A stretch of 64,000 nucleotides of DNA from Octopus vulgaris (taxonomy: Eukaryota). Positions within the stretch are counted from its first letter, which is position 1; every line of letters begins with the position of its first letter. The stretch is from contig OX597842.1 of the NCBI GenBank assembly GCA_951406725.2, positions 6,820,001-6,884,000 on the forward strand, given 5' to 3'. A program made the translations under genes and the position numbers. The notes under the pieces are model-generated. The model worked only from the letters and a program-made list of their open reading frames with translations. It ran no database searches and was not told the origin of the DNA. Positions 1 through 13,274 of this stretch are shown one piece after another.

Positions 1-19
1 AAAGCAGCAGAAATTCAAC

Positions 20-66
20 AAAACCTGTTACTCGGAGTTTCACGTTCCCATTCATCGGACAGTTTT
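20..66 (-). ncRNA. Type I hammerhead ribozyme (U4C variant) in a Penelope-derived short element running off the window start
   Basis: Minus strand reads aaaactgt-CCGATGA-atgggaacgt-GAAAC-tccga-GTA-acaggtttt. Stem I ctgt/acag, near-canonical core. The element runs into (TA)n at about 170. Confidence 0.65.
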
Positions 67-299
67 GTTAAAATTTTAACAAATTTTTAAATAAAGCATA
101 TTACTCTACCCCTGGTATTTGAGCACTCTTTTTTCCACCTTGTTTCACATTTATGTGTTTACTCCGGTATATATATATATATATATATATATATAAGTGT
201 ATACTTGTATGTAAGCATGTATATTGGTAGATATGTCATACACAAACACACATACACACTCACACACATATATACATGTGTGTACGAAAATTTATGTCA

Positions 300-920
300 A
301 CACAACCAAGTGAGACCATAACTCGTGGCCTATGCCAGGGGTGTAACCAGTCTACTTATGTGTACCTTTCCTTCATTGGACACTAAACTCTGCTTGCGAA
401 GACCTGGTGAGGCAAGTGAAATCGAAATCAAATTTGATGTCAGCACCGCATGACTGGCATCCATGCCAGTGGGGCGTTAAGAGCACCATCCAAGCATGAT
501 CGTTACCAGGGCTGCTGACAGGCTCCTGTGCTGGTGGCACATAAAACGTACCATTCGAGCCTGATCATCACCAACGTCGCCTGACTGGCACTTGTGCCGC
601 TGGCACATGAAAAACAACAGTTTTTCATTGCAGGTCGTTGCAGTTGCCAGTGTCGCTGGACTGGCTCCTGCGCAGGTGGCATGTAAAAAACACCATTTGA
701 GCGTGGCCGTTGCCAGTAACACCTGACTAGCCCTCGTGCAGGCGGCACGTAAAAGCACCCACTACACTCTCAGAGTGGTTGGTGTTAGGAAGGGCATCCA
801 GCAGTAGAAACTCTGCCAGATCAGATTGGAGCCTGGTGTGGCCTCCTGACTTGCTAGTCCTCAGTCAAACCATCCAACCCATGCCAGCATGGACAGTGGG
901 CATTAAACGATGATGATGAC
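300..920 (+). mobile_element. RTE-type retroposon 3' region with internal ~60-bp tandem repeats and (GAT)n tail
   Basis: About five imperfect units (gtggcacgtaaaagcaccatt...gactggc) at ~455-760, then ttaggaagggcatccagc...catgccagcatgga...ttaaacgatgatgatg. A decayed copy of the tail is at ~21060-21260. Confidence 0.6.
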
Positions 921-1474
921 ATTATCAAGGTAATCCATACTGGTGAAATTTTAACTAAACATCTGAAAAAATTTTAGCTGTTAAAAACGCTAACAGAAAG
1001 AAATGCTAAACCAAATTTAACTTTTAGGCATTTATTCATTCAACCAAGAATGATGTCAATGAATAACTAATTTAGTTTATAAAAATAAAACATAAAAAAT
1101 GCTGTATTAATTCCATACGTTTTGATAATTTGAAATCTACATAAAAATAAAAATTAAAAAATTAAAAAACCTAACAGAACGTGAGTATATTTATTTGCTG
1201 AAACTGATGACGTTAAAGAACAAAATCTGCAGACAAGAATTCTATGTTAAGCTTAATGGATAACTAAAGATTAAAAACTACAGATAATAATTCTACTTAA
1301 TGCTTAATAGAAACTTGTATACTTTATGTTGCAATAATTAATTACCTACTTATTTATTTAATATAATAAACCCTTCTATAGGAATTAACCTTATTTCATA
1401 ATAACTGAAGAAACTTTTTATTTTTAACTCTCCAGTGAGATCCTAGGTGGTTGTATATGTTGTTGAATATAATA

Positions 1475-2027
1475 CAGGGATTCCTCGACTTGCGCAAGTA
1501 ATTGGGGGAAGCGCAATTCGAAATTCACACAAGTCGAGTACCAGATATTGTTTTCTATAAATATTTTCCGGGATAACTGCTAAATATTGTTATATTAAAG
1601 GAACACTTGGAGAAAGTATTGAATGAACTTTCTTTCTATTTGAAACCAAAAATCTTTTATTGGTGACTGCTTTGTACGAATACAAATTACAAAAGATAAT
1701 ACAAATTGTTTAATGATTAAAAACAGAAAGTAGAAAAATACATAGCAAATAAATTTACTTATTCAGTTGATCAAACATTTTTTTATAACAAGAAAGATCA
1801 TGTCCCAAATTTCTTTGCACTTGCATACATCGGTGAGTGTTCTCGTCAAAGTTCATTATTTGGTCTTTTAAGCTTTCAAAGGCAATGCAACCATGGATAA
1901 TAAATATTTTTACAACAAGCGCAAGTCGAGAATACAACTCGCGCAACCTGAACACTCGGTATCAAAGGTTGGCTCACGCAAGTCGAATTTCATGCAAGTT
2001 GAACTCGCGCAAGTCGAGGAATCCCTG
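1475..2027. mobile_element. pogo/Tigger-like MITE
   Basis: Perfect 21-bp TIRs (CAGGGATTCCTCGACTTGCGC) with TA on both sides (1473-1474, 2028-2029). No transposase. Confidence 0.9.
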
Positions 2028-2651
2028 TAATTCTTCATATGTACACGATGGGCCTTTTTCAGTTTCTGTCTATCAAATCCACTCACAAGGCTTTGGTCAC
2101 CCCAAAGCTATAATAGAAGACGCTTGCACAAGTTGTCACACGGTGGAACTGAATCTGGAACCATGCAGTTGGGAAGCAAGTTTCTTACCACACAGCCACA
2201 CAGTAATCAAGTCTTTGAATGAAAGAAATGAATGAAGTGATATAGCACTACAGCTATATCACAATATCAAATGGGCACTGAAGTAATATAATCTATCATT
2301 AAAAATGCTGCTTATGGCAAGAAATTTTCAACAGAAGTGCTGAATGCATCTGCAAAGAAATGACACCAGATAGCAATGAACCATTTTTAATGTTACATAA
2401 TGTGTTTTCAGTGTTTCTTTGAAACAGCTGTAGTGCTTGATTACTTCTTCAATTCTTTTCGTTCACAAACTTTATAATTGCAAAATAAGCAACATTTATA
2501 TTTGAAATGGAATTGTATAGCATCTGCCATCATGTTTGAATTCTCTTACTTGGATAAAGAACAAAGTGTAATTGATGCATTAATTAGCAAATTAATTATC
2601 ATTTCATTTGTGTTTTTTATTCAAGCCTTGTTTATGTGAGAAGATAACCAA

Positions 2652-3055
2652 CGCAGGAGTGGCTATGTGGTAAGTAGCTTGTTTACCAACCACATGGTTC
2701 CGGGTTCAGTCCCACTGCATGGCACCTTGGGCAAGTGTCTTCTACTATAGCCCCAGACCGACCAATGCCTTGTGAGTGGATTTGGTAAACGGAAACTGAA
2801 AGAAGCCTGTCGTATATATATATATATATATGTATGCGTTGTGTGTATATGTTTGTGTGTCTGTGTTTGTCCCTCTAGCATAGCTTGACAACTGATGCTG
2901 GTGTGTTTACGTCCCCGTCACTTAGCGGTTCGGCAAAAGAGACAGATAGAATAAGTATTGGGCTTACAAAGAATAAGTCCCGGGGTTGATTTGCTCGACT
3001 AAAGGCAGTGCTCCAGTATGGTCGCAGTCAAATGACTGAAACAAGTAAAAGAGTA
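2652..3055 (+). mobile_element. SINE family A (tRNA-like head, CORE-like gcaccttgggcaagtg, internal microsatellite, (GTAAAAGA)n tail)
   Basis: A-box-like gtggctatgtgg and B-box-like ggttcagtcc. Near-identical to more than 20 copies in the window. Confidence 0.9.
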
Positions 3056-3254
3056 ACTGTTTTTAACCACAATTGATTGGTCCTTCTACATTATATACTT
3101 TTCTCGCTGTGTTGTGTGCTTGTTTCTTTTTTGCATCTGTTATTTTATTTTTGATCTTCTGTGTAAATGAAGGCATATCCTTTGTTTTGCTGCTTTTCTT
3201 TTCATGAAATGAGAAGATACATTGCAGAACTGTTATTTTAATGAGTTGTATCTA

Positions 3255-3340
3255 TTTATTACCTGAAGAGACATGTCTGTACTGCTGGATGGATGCTCCA
3301 GGGATTGATGCTAAATGTGTCGAAACAATTGTCATAATTA
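3255..3340 (+). ncRNA. Hammerhead ribozyme-like motif with long stem II
   Basis: attac-CTGAAGA(3263)-gacat...gtgtc-GAAAC-aatt-GTC-ataat. Palindromic stem III, just upstream of a (TA)n tract. Confidence 0.6.
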
Positions 3341-3364
3341 ATATAAATTCTTCCATCTTTCATT

Positions 3365-3419
<55 letters not shown>

Positions 3420-3432
3420 TATGTATGTATAA

Positions 3433-3773
3433 TTCGTCCTTAGTCGAAAGACACCTGTTGCTCTGTCCTGTTTATTTTTACTGTATTTGTGTAACATTGT
3501 CCATTTTTTTCCATCCTTGTTTTTGTATACATTTGCTGCTTTCTTCCAAGGAATCTAATGCTCTTAGCTTAGTTTTTCCTTGGGGCTGGCCAGATTGGAG
3601 CAATCTCGCGTATAATCAGCCGAAATTCTGAAGATAATCTGGTACTTGACTGAGGAAAGAAAACTTTGAATGACTCATCCTTGTTTTCTTTGTATCATCT
3701 ATCTGGATGTTTTGTTGTCCCTTTTTTGTATCACCTAACTGTCCAGATGCTTTGTGTTCTTGTCCCATTTTGT

Positions 3774-3780
<7 letters not shown>
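3433..3780 (+). mobile_element. Non-coding Penelope-type 3' terminal fragment between (TA)n tracts
   Basis: Related copies on the minus strand at ~31835-31972 and ~41330-41640 (shared ttccttggggctggcc and gactgaagaaagaa motifs). All abut (TA)n. Confidence 0.5.
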
Positions 3781-3866
<86 letters not shown>

Positions 3867-4114
3867 TTGTTGATGCAAATGAGAAAATAGAACTTAAAAT
3901 AGGTATAAACATTTATAAACATTTTTTTGTTTATGATCAGCAGAAGTTACAGTACAACTTAAGGACTGAGGGTTTTGTGCATTGGCACCTATTAGACTGG
4001 TGTGCCAGAACACCAAACTTCTGGGCCTTGAATCACTTTTTAATTTCTTCCAGTTCTTAGCCACAGTCAAATGACCGAAACAAGTAAAAGAATAAAAGAA
4101 TATATATATATATA

Positions 4115-4160
4115 AGCCTTGTGAGTGGATTTAGTAGACAGAAACTGAAAGAAGCCTGTC

Positions 4161-4220
<60 letters not shown>

Positions 4221-4489
4221 ATGTGTGTGCGTGTTTGTGTGTGTGTGTGTGTGTGTGTGTGCATATGTGTGTGTGTGGGCACGTATGTGTGTTTGTCCAC
4301 CACCACCCCCAACATCACTTGATAACCGATGCTGATGTGATTACGTCACCATAACTTAGCGGTTCAGCAAAAATGACCGTTAGAATAAGTACTAGGCTTA
4401 CAAAGAAGAACAAGTCCCGGGGTTGATTTGCTCAACTAAAGGCAGCGTTCCAGTATGGCTGCAGTCAAATGACTGAAACAAGTAAAAGA

Positions 4490-4492
<3 letters not shown>
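4115..4492 (+). mobile_element. SINE family A, 5'-truncated
   Basis: Matches family A; tail runs into (TA)n. Confidence 0.9.
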
Positions 4493-4531
<39 letters not shown>

Positions 4532-4533
<2 letters not shown>

Positions 4534-4750
4534 TCTTTTACTCTTTTACTTGTTTCAGTCATTTGACTGCGGCCATGCTGGAGCACCGCCTTTAGTCGAG
4601 CAACTCGACCCCGGGACTTATTCTTTGTAAGCCCAGTACTTATTCTATCGGTCTCTTTTGCCGAACCGCTAAGTGACGGGGACATAAACACACCAGCATC
4701 GGTTGTCAAGCAATGCTAGGGGGACAAACACAGACACACAAACATACACG

Positions 4751-4820
<70 letters not shown>

Positions 4821-4980
4821 TGCGACGGGCTTCTTTCAGTTTCCGTCTACCAAATCCACTCACAAGGCTTTGGTCGACCCGAGGCTATAGTAGAAGACAC
4901 TTGCTCAAGGTGCCACGCAGTGGGACTGAACCCGGAACCATGTAGTTGGTAAGCTAGCTACTTACCACACAGCCACTCCT
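4532..4980 (-). mobile_element. SINE family A
   Basis: Near full-length reverse copy, tail-to-tail with the previous copy. Confidence 0.9.
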
Positions 4981-6578
4981 ATATAATTGAGATTCATTTG
5001 GATTAGGTACTTAAGTTGAAGCACCATATCAGTGCAGTATTATCCATACAACTCAAAGTAAGGTGAATAAAATCAAAATAAGCAACAAGGTATCAAGAGG
5101 CGATGCAGTACGACTGTTTCAAGCAGTTTCATTTAATTGAAAAATGCAATCATTACATCAATTTAAATGCAGGGCTATCCTCAGACTAGACGACTGTAAC
5201 ACAGTCCTCTAGTCTTAGCTTTGGTAGTTGATTAAAAAAAACTGATAAATTAAAAATGAACCACAATCCTTCACAAGCTATGACCCCCAACAAACTTCAT
5301 ACAATTCTAAGAAGTGTAGTATATTCTTAGCTACATTAGTGGCAACATGAACACCTTCCTTCTTCTTGCTCTATTAGAGCATTTGAGTAAAATTATATTA
5401 ATGTGTACAACTGATTAAACATTCTATTTATTTATTTATGCTCCTGTGAGATTGCAACTCATTTCTACAGCTGAGTGAACTGGAGCAACGTGAAATAAAG
5501 TGTCTTGCTCAAGAACATGCAGCCCAGTCCGATATATATATATAGTAGACGTAAGGACCTGAACCCTTCATAGGGATGTTTAACATCTAAGTTCCTGAGG
5601 TAAAGCCTAATTTGTAATTTCAAAAGGATTATATTTTCCTCAAAGTTACAAGGGAAAAACTCATACCTTGTGAATCTCATAACTTTTCCCAAGTCCTTTC
5701 CCCACCCCCTCAGAAAAGATTTTCCTTACAAATTACTTTATAATCGTAATCTATACCGTTTGAAAGGTATTTATATAAAATTTCTTTAAAAAAAACCCAT
5801 TGCGAATTTTCCGAGTCAATATAATCTAATATTAATTTTATATTTAAGATACATACGAAAATTATAAAATACTCTTTTTTCTGTTTTTTTTTATAGCAAT
5901 GTTATTACAGTTTTGTCATGTGAGAGCCTCCTTGCAATATCATTTTTTAGAGACAATAAGCATAAGGAATTTTAGCACTCTTCAGTCATGGCAGATGGAA
6001 ATTTATTCTTTAGAAAGGAAAGCTTTGAGAAATTCTTTTCTGCTCCACAGCTCGTGATAGGCATTGACAGATACAGTTTAAGTGCAGTGGTAATATTAGG
6101 GGACACTTAAATTCTGCCGAGGTTGACTTTTGCCTTTCATCCTTTTGGGGTTGATAAATTATGTACCAGTTGCATACTGAGGACAATCTAATTGACTGGC
6201 CCCTCTCCCCCAAAATTTCAGACCTTGTGCCTAGAGTAGAAAAGAATATCAGGGAACACATCAGTTAATTATTGCTCATAAATAAACTGAAGAATTTCTG
6301 TGCATTGCATTTTAGATGGTGTGTTTCCTTCTGTGTTCCACGATTTCCTGAGGTGTAAATACTCTTTGAACTGATAACATTCATTATTAATTTTTGGTCA
6401 ATATCGTTATTGTAATGCGATATTATAAGTTTGATACGTGTTGTTTACTTGTTTTTTTTTTGTCATTGAGGTGGCTGTGAGGTGTGCTAAAAATAACAGG
6501 TAAATAGGCCTTAAATCACACCCCTACAATTTATTATTATTTTTTGTTTTTTGCATAATTGTATGAAGTTCTGTATAT

Positions 6579-7004
6579 ACTCTTTACTCTTTTACTCTTT
6601 TACTTGTTTCAGTCATTTTGACTGCGGCCATGCTGGAGCACCGCCTTTAGTCGAGCAAATCGACCCCGGGACTTATTCTTTGTAAGCCCAGTGCTTAATT
6701 CTATCAGTCTCTTTTGCTGAACCGCTAAGTGACAGGGACGTAAACACACCAGCATCGGTTGTCAAGCAATGCTAGGGTGACAAACACAGACACACAAACA
6801 CACACACACACATATACATATATATATATATACATATATACGACAGGCTTCTTTCAGTTTCCGTCTACCAAATCCACTCACAAGGCATTGGTCGGCCCGG
6901 GGCTATAGCAGAAGACACTTGCCCAAGATGCCACGCAGTGGGACTGAACCCAGAACCATGTGGTTGGTTAGCAAGCTACTTACCACACAGCCACTCCTGC
7001 GCCT
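6579..7004 (-). mobile_element. SINE family A
   Basis: Full-length reverse copy. Confidence 0.9.
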
Positions 7005-7091
7005 ATATAGAATACAAATTCGCAAAAATTGTCTGGAAATTCCAAAAAATATATATATAATGTTATGAGGGGTTTATATGGCATTCTTGAA

Positions 7092-7970
7092 GCCCTGGGT
7101 GGAGGTAAAACACATGGACTGCACCCCTTTTGGGTTTTTGCTGGGGTACTTTTTCTACAGGAACCCATTTTTTCAACTGCGGAGATTCCGAATCTGCAAA
7201 AAGAAATTGGCATTTCAAAAGTTTAATTCCCCATTTTTCAGAAATTTTTTTGAAATAAACACCCCTCCTCTCCTATTAAAATAGCTGACATAAAAAGTAT
7301 CTAAACAGAAAACTCGACATGCTAGAAACAGCAACTAAATGACGAATAATGTATTAAAAATTTTAATTTCCCCCATCCTCTTTTTTTTCTTTGCCAGAGG
7401 AGTGAAGAGGGGGAAAATGAAAATTTTGAAAATGTGTTTTTGGGGTTTTCAAAATCTTCAATTTTTAAGTACACTCCAACTGGAAAGTCCAAAAAGCTAG
7501 AAACAACGGCCAAACCAAAGATCCACTTTCTAAATACAAATTACCAAAAAAGTAAAAATTAAAACAAATGTCATTTTTTTGTTGTTGTGTGTGTGTATGT
7601 GCAAAAAATACAAATTTTTACATATCTCTCTTAATTCCAAAAGACCCTCAACCACAACATGTTCACTTTCTGTCACAGATATGCCGACGAAGGGGAAGAG
7701 TGGTTATTTATTTATTTTTGGAAAATTAAAATTTTACAAAAATTTTTTTTCAGAATTATAATTTCTGTATTACTCTAAAAAAAAACATGAAAAATTGGGT
7801 GGGTAGGGGGTAATGGGTAGGAGTTGGCTGAATTAAAATTTTATAATATTGATTTTTTTTGGCAAATTCGGAATCTCTGCAGTTGAAAAAGTGGGTTACT
7901 GTAGAACTCCCCTGACCAAAAAAAGACTGAAAGGGAGTGCGGTCCATGTCCTTTACCTCTGCCAAGCCCC
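7092..7970. mobile_element. Old MITE-like element with ~140-bp imperfect terminal inverted repeats
   Basis: ggaggtaaaacacatggac...ttcaactgcggagattccgaatctgc (7100-7230) is mirrored by gcaaattcggaatctctgcagttgaa...gtccatgtcctttacctc (7830-7965). Confidence 0.65.
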
Positions 7971-8158
7971 GTTTTCAGTTATTTTCCAGTTCTGCGATGC
8001 TGTAAGAATTTTTTTTTATGCATGACATAATATATTCATTTCTACTTTACCTGATATAATTCCCCTCAAATTCAATTTTTCTTGAAACAAGGTGCTTCTG
8101 TGACAAACTGTCATTATATGGTACACAAAAGGGAAAGCAAGTGATATTTTATCCCATT

Positions 8159-8576
8159 CTCTTTTTACTCTCTTTTACTCTCTTTTTTGTTGTTTCAGTC
8201 ATTTGACTGCAGCCATGCTGGAGCACTGCCTTTAGTCGAGCAAATCGACCCGGGACTTATTCTTTGTAAGCCCAGTACTTATTCTATCGGTCTCTTTTGC
8301 CGAACCGCTAAGTGACGGGGACGTAAACACACCAGCATCGGTTGTCAAGCAATGCTAGGGGGACAAACACAGACACACAAACACACGCACATACACATAT
8401 ATATACATATATACGACAGGCTTCTTTCAGTTTCCGTCTACCAAATCCACTCACAAGGCATTGGTCGGCCCGGGGCTATAGCAGAAGACACTTGCCCAAG
8501 GTGCCATGCAGTGGGACTGAACCCGGAACCATGTGGTTGGTTAGCAAGCTACTTACCACACAGCCACTCCTGCGCC
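8159..8576 (-). mobile_element. SINE family A
   Basis: Full-length reverse copy. Confidence 0.9.
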
Positions 8577-10205
8577 CATTATACATTTCTACAATAAAAA
8601 ATATTCCTTTCATACATTTTAAATGACTGAATATGCCTCTACAAGGGCTGTATAAAAAGTCTTGAGCCTCAAAACAACAAAACATGGTACAAGACTCCTG
8701 ATGAAGGTACAAGACTTCAAGGCTCAAAACTTTTCATACACACCTCGTATCTTTTCAAAATTCTAATTTCATTTTTCACACATGCACTTGTGGTGTTTGG
8801 CTTTTTCTTCATAGAGAAAATACAATAAAGGAGAGAAAAGAGAATTTTTTTTTTAAAATAAGAGTTGAAAATGTTTCAGAATGTAAAATACAATAAAATG
8901 TTTTCAAACTAGTAAGGAAAAAAATAACAAGAAATCAGAAATTACTCATTTTGCCCCAGTTTGCTATTTTGTCTGAAGTAAATGGTTAGATCTAAAAAAA
9001 ATAACATTTGAACATACATGCAATAATTTTAAAGCCCCCAAAAAGTGCAGTTAATGTTGACATTACTATCTGGAAACGAAATATTTTTTAAAACATAGTG
9101 CAACGGGTATAAAAAAGAGATGTAAAAAATTACTATGAAAACAAAAATGTCCAAAAAGCAATGGCGGTGGGGAGAGGCCATTGCCATAAAAGGGCAAGAA
9201 AATTCTTTGACCTTTGTTGGATGTTATCCTACTGTTGCTGGTTGTATAGGGTGGGGGCATAACATTTTAAGCTTCAGGACCCCAATATTGTAGATCCACC
9301 ACTGCCCTAGGCCATGAAAGATATTACTGGATACTAGGATGCATGCATTTCTACGTTGTTATAGTTCATCAGCTACATTGTGTATGCATATTTATGTGTA
9401 TGTATGTATGAGATGAATAGGTCTTTTGTGTTTCATTTGTGTGTGGGTAAGTGTATATAGGTATGTATACCTGAAAAATGGTGCATGTGTGTGAATGAGT
9501 TAAGATGGTAGGTGAACAGAGGTTTTCATATTTGTGTATCTGTGTAAGTGAAAGATGTAAATATCTGGGGAAAGGGTGTCCAAAATGAGGCTTATGAGTA
9601 TATTAGAACTGTATTAGTATGTGGAGACTGTATGTATGAATAAATGAAGGGTGATAGAGGTGAAATGTGAGGAGGAAGACATGAGGGAGTTGTTAAAGGG
9701 AGGGAGATTAAGAGAAAGGGCAATAAGTAATTCTGGAGCAGCTGACAAGTGCAAGATAAAGTGTGATGGCAAATTTAGACCAAGGAGTGCGTACGTTTTA
9801 AGTAAGAAAATAAGCTTCTGTTCTGTCTAAAAGTGAATAGTAAATGATGGATGATCCCCTGTTGTAGGCCAAGTCAAAGACTGAGAGGAGTGAAAATGTC
9901 AAGAGTGAGGCAACCTGTTGCTAAGTCAGAAGTTCTTGAAGTGCTCCATGAGCATGTTAGGTCGTTTTAGTGGTCATTTTCCTGGAAACATGAGCGTCTT
10001 TTAATTTTACTCTGATATTAACATTTTTTTTATTAAACTTTCTCATGAGATATTTACAACTTCTTTGGAGCAATAAAAGTTCCCAAGAGTGTCAACTTCT
10101 CTTAACTGTCATGGTCTCATTATCAGGATGAAATGGTTGATGCGAGCATATCATTTCAAGACATTTCACAGTAGGCAAGGTGAGGCTGGGGAAACTATGA
10201 AAACT

Positions 10206-10268
<63 letters not shown>

Positions 10269-10296
10269 CACTACTACTAGTAGTAGTAGTAGTAGT
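10206..10296. repeat. (TAC)n/(CAC)n/(TAG)n microsatellite
   Basis: Read directly from the sequence. Confidence 0.95.
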
Positions 10297-10489
10297 TGTG
10301 GTCATGATGTTTTTACTGCTGGCCATTTTCTTTCAGAATTCAGAGAATGTCTGTGACTTGTGCGTGTTATCTTTGCAGTTGTTTTAGTATCATTTCTATC
10401 ACTTTCTGTCTAGTTCGAGAGAAAATTATCTACATGATGCGAACTTTTTTTATTATTGTAGTGTTCTGTACGTATGAATACAAATATAA

Positions 10490-10536
10490 ATATGTATGTG
10501 CATATATATATATATATATACACATACATACATATA

Positions 10537-10578
<42 letters not shown>

Positions 10579-10624
10579 ATTTATACACATACATACATAC
10601 ATACATGTGTACATATATATATAA

Positions 10625-10659
<35 letters not shown>

Positions 10660-10763
10660 TATATATATATATATACACATACATATATATATATATATAT
10701 CTATATATATACACACATACATATATGTGTGTATATATATATATAAATATATATGTATGTATG

Positions 10764-10803
<40 letters not shown>

Positions 10804-10980
10804 GTATATATATATGTGTACATATATATATATGTGTATATATATGTGTGTCTGTGTGTAAAAATCATTCTTTAGAATGCTTATATATGTGTGCGTGCAT
10901 GTATGCATGTGTGCATGTGTGCATATGTGTGTGCATATGCATATATGTATGCATGCATGTGGGTGTATGTGTGCTTATAT
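10490..10980. repeat. Compound (TA)/(TATG)/(CA) microsatellite field
   Basis: Read directly. Similar fields at ~16580-16830, 18590-19050, 21290-21850, 27600-27898, 40480-40695 and 46170-46380. Confidence 0.95.
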
Positions 10981-11428
10981 ACAACTCTTATCAACAACGT
11001 AGTCCCTCACAAGAGTACATTTGTTTCAAAACATCCTTGTACTTGCTTATGTTTTAGTCTACAAAAATCTGGCTTCGAATTTACCTCAAAAAGCTCTCTC
11101 ACTCCCCATTCTGTATATCCGTTTATCAATTTATGTATCTGTCTGAAATAGAGAGACATGTGAGATAGATAGGTGGATAAATAGATAGATAGGCAGACAG
11201 ATAGACAGAGAGAAAGGGAGAGATAGATCAACAAAGCTAACTTTGTATCCTGTCTGATAATTAAGAATGTGAAATTCAAATAACTAGATATGAGGTGCCA
11301 ACTGCTGTAATCATAAGTAACCCCCCCCCCATTGGTATTATGTCCTTTTCAACCTTCTTCCTGGTACCTATATACTATCACTTCCTTTTATTTCTCCTTC
11401 CCTCCCTCCCTCTCTTTGTCTCTTTGTG

Positions 11429-11459
<31 letters not shown>

Positions 11460-11461
11460 TT

Positions 11462-11842
11462 GTTTTATTTGCTTCAGTCATTTGACTGTGGCCATGCTGG
11501 AGCACCGCATTTAGTCGAGCAAATCGACCCCAGGATTTATTCTTTGTAAGCCTAGTACTTATTCTATTGGTCTCTTTTGCCAAACCACTAAGTGACAGGG
11601 ACGTAAACACACCAGTATCGGTTGTCAAGTGATGTTGGGGGGAACAAATGCAGATATACAAACATATAGATACACACACACACACACACATATATATACA
11701 TATACGACGAGCTTCTTTCAGTTTCCGTCTGCCAAATCCACTCACAAAGCTTTGGTCAGCTCAAGGTGCCACGCAGTGGGACTGAACCGAGAGCCATGTG
11801 GTTGGTAAGCAAGCTACTTACCACACAGCCACTCCTACGCCT
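11462..11842 (-). mobile_element. SINE family A with internal deletion
   Basis: Matches family A. Confidence 0.88.
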
Positions 11843-11964
11843 ATGTACATACATACATATATATTTATATATATATATAGAGAAAAAATATAAGAAAATG
11901 CATTGTTGAAAATGCACCAAAATTTCAAAAGCTCGTAAATGTTTAAAATACATTTATTTACATA

Positions 11965-12361
11965 CTAGCAGTATCGCCCGGCGTTGCTCGGGTTTGTAAG
12001 GGAAATAACAATATAAGCATTTTTAGTGATGTAAAGTATAATAGCCATCTCAATATGGCTAACCACAAAGGGGGGGGCGTTACTGTAGCTTTTTACGTTC
12101 TGAGATTTAATAATAAATTTTTAGAGAGTTACTTCCCTTATATATACCAAAAATGCATTAAAAATGGGAAAAATTGATGGTAAATTTTTTTTTAAATCGT
12201 AGACTCATCGTAGACGTGCGCTAATACCCAGATGGGCTCGATATGAATCCCGACTATAAGATACCCGGTTTTGGTTAAACTGCACTGCAAAATGTGGGAG
12301 TAGTTAGAAATCTAAATTGTAGGAGACAGACAGTACACAACCTTACTTTTATATATAAAGA
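11965..12361 (-). mobile_element. Non-autonomous Helitron
   Basis: Minus strand starts TCTTTATATATAAAAG and ends cccgagcaacgccggg-cgatactg-CTAG (subterminal hairpin plus CTRR). Inserted between A and T. Confidence 0.85.
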
Positions 12362-12386
12362 TATACCAAACTAGTTTCAACAATAT

Positions 12387-13274
12387 TTGTCATGGCATAC
12401 TCGGAAGTCCAAATATATGAACACGAGAAGAATTTGCACTATTGCATCAAATCCTGAAACCCAAGTAAAGCGACTCCAAGAACTTAAAATCATATTACTA
12501 GATAGAAAATACCCAACCAGTCTAATCAGAATGTGCAAAAATGATAGACATCCAAGAATTATGGAAAACAAGAAAACACCATGACACACTTAAAACTCTA
12601 TCTTACGTATCAACACACAATCCAAGAAACATGGAAGCATACAACATCATCCACCAAAACATACCCCTCCTTATGAAAGACCCACCAATGAAAAAGGCAC
12701 TAGAAACACATTGGATTATTAAAAGCAATCCCTAAAAAAGTTACTCACCAGCCCCAAATAACCCACCAAAAATACAACCTGACAAGTCAAAAAGTGCAAC
12801 TGCCCGAACTACAAATTTAAGTCAGGCCAAACTTTTACCATAAAGTATGACTTCACCTGTGCTTCGAAGAACTTAATCTATGTTCTCAAATGTGGAGGGT
12901 GTGGTGGGGATTACATTGGTCAAACTAGCTTAACTTTGAGGCATAGACTTACTGTGCACAGGCAACAAATCCAGGAAAATTCCTGTAAGCAAGCACCTAG
13001 ACATAAACCCAAAATACCAAATCTTCCCTCTTTCTCAAATGTGGAAGGTGTGGTGGGGATTACATTGGTCAAACTAGCTTAACTTTGAGGCATAGACTTA
13101 CTGTGCACAGGCAACAAATCCAGGAAAATTCCTGTAAGCAAGCACCTAGACATAAACCCTAAATACCAAATCTTCCCTCTCTATCAATGTACTGGAAATA
13201 CTTCGACCCAATTTTATTTAAATAAGGAAAACATACTGATTAAAAAATATAAACCACAGCTGAATATTCTTTAG
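12387..13274 (+). pseudogene. Penelope GIY-YIG endonuclease/RT-thumb remnant (frameshifted)
   Basis: Fragments RRICTIASN..RLQELK, YVSTHNP, FTCASKNLIYVLKCGGCGGDYIGQT..HRLTVH and KENILIKKYKPQLNIL*. A 149-bp tandem duplication at 12883-13031/13032-13180. Confidence 0.85.

Noticed and set aside
455-760. Regularly spaced ~60-bp repeats resembling a CRISPR array
   Set aside because: Whole units are degenerate copies with no unique spacers. The context is a eukaryotic retroposon and there are no cas genes.
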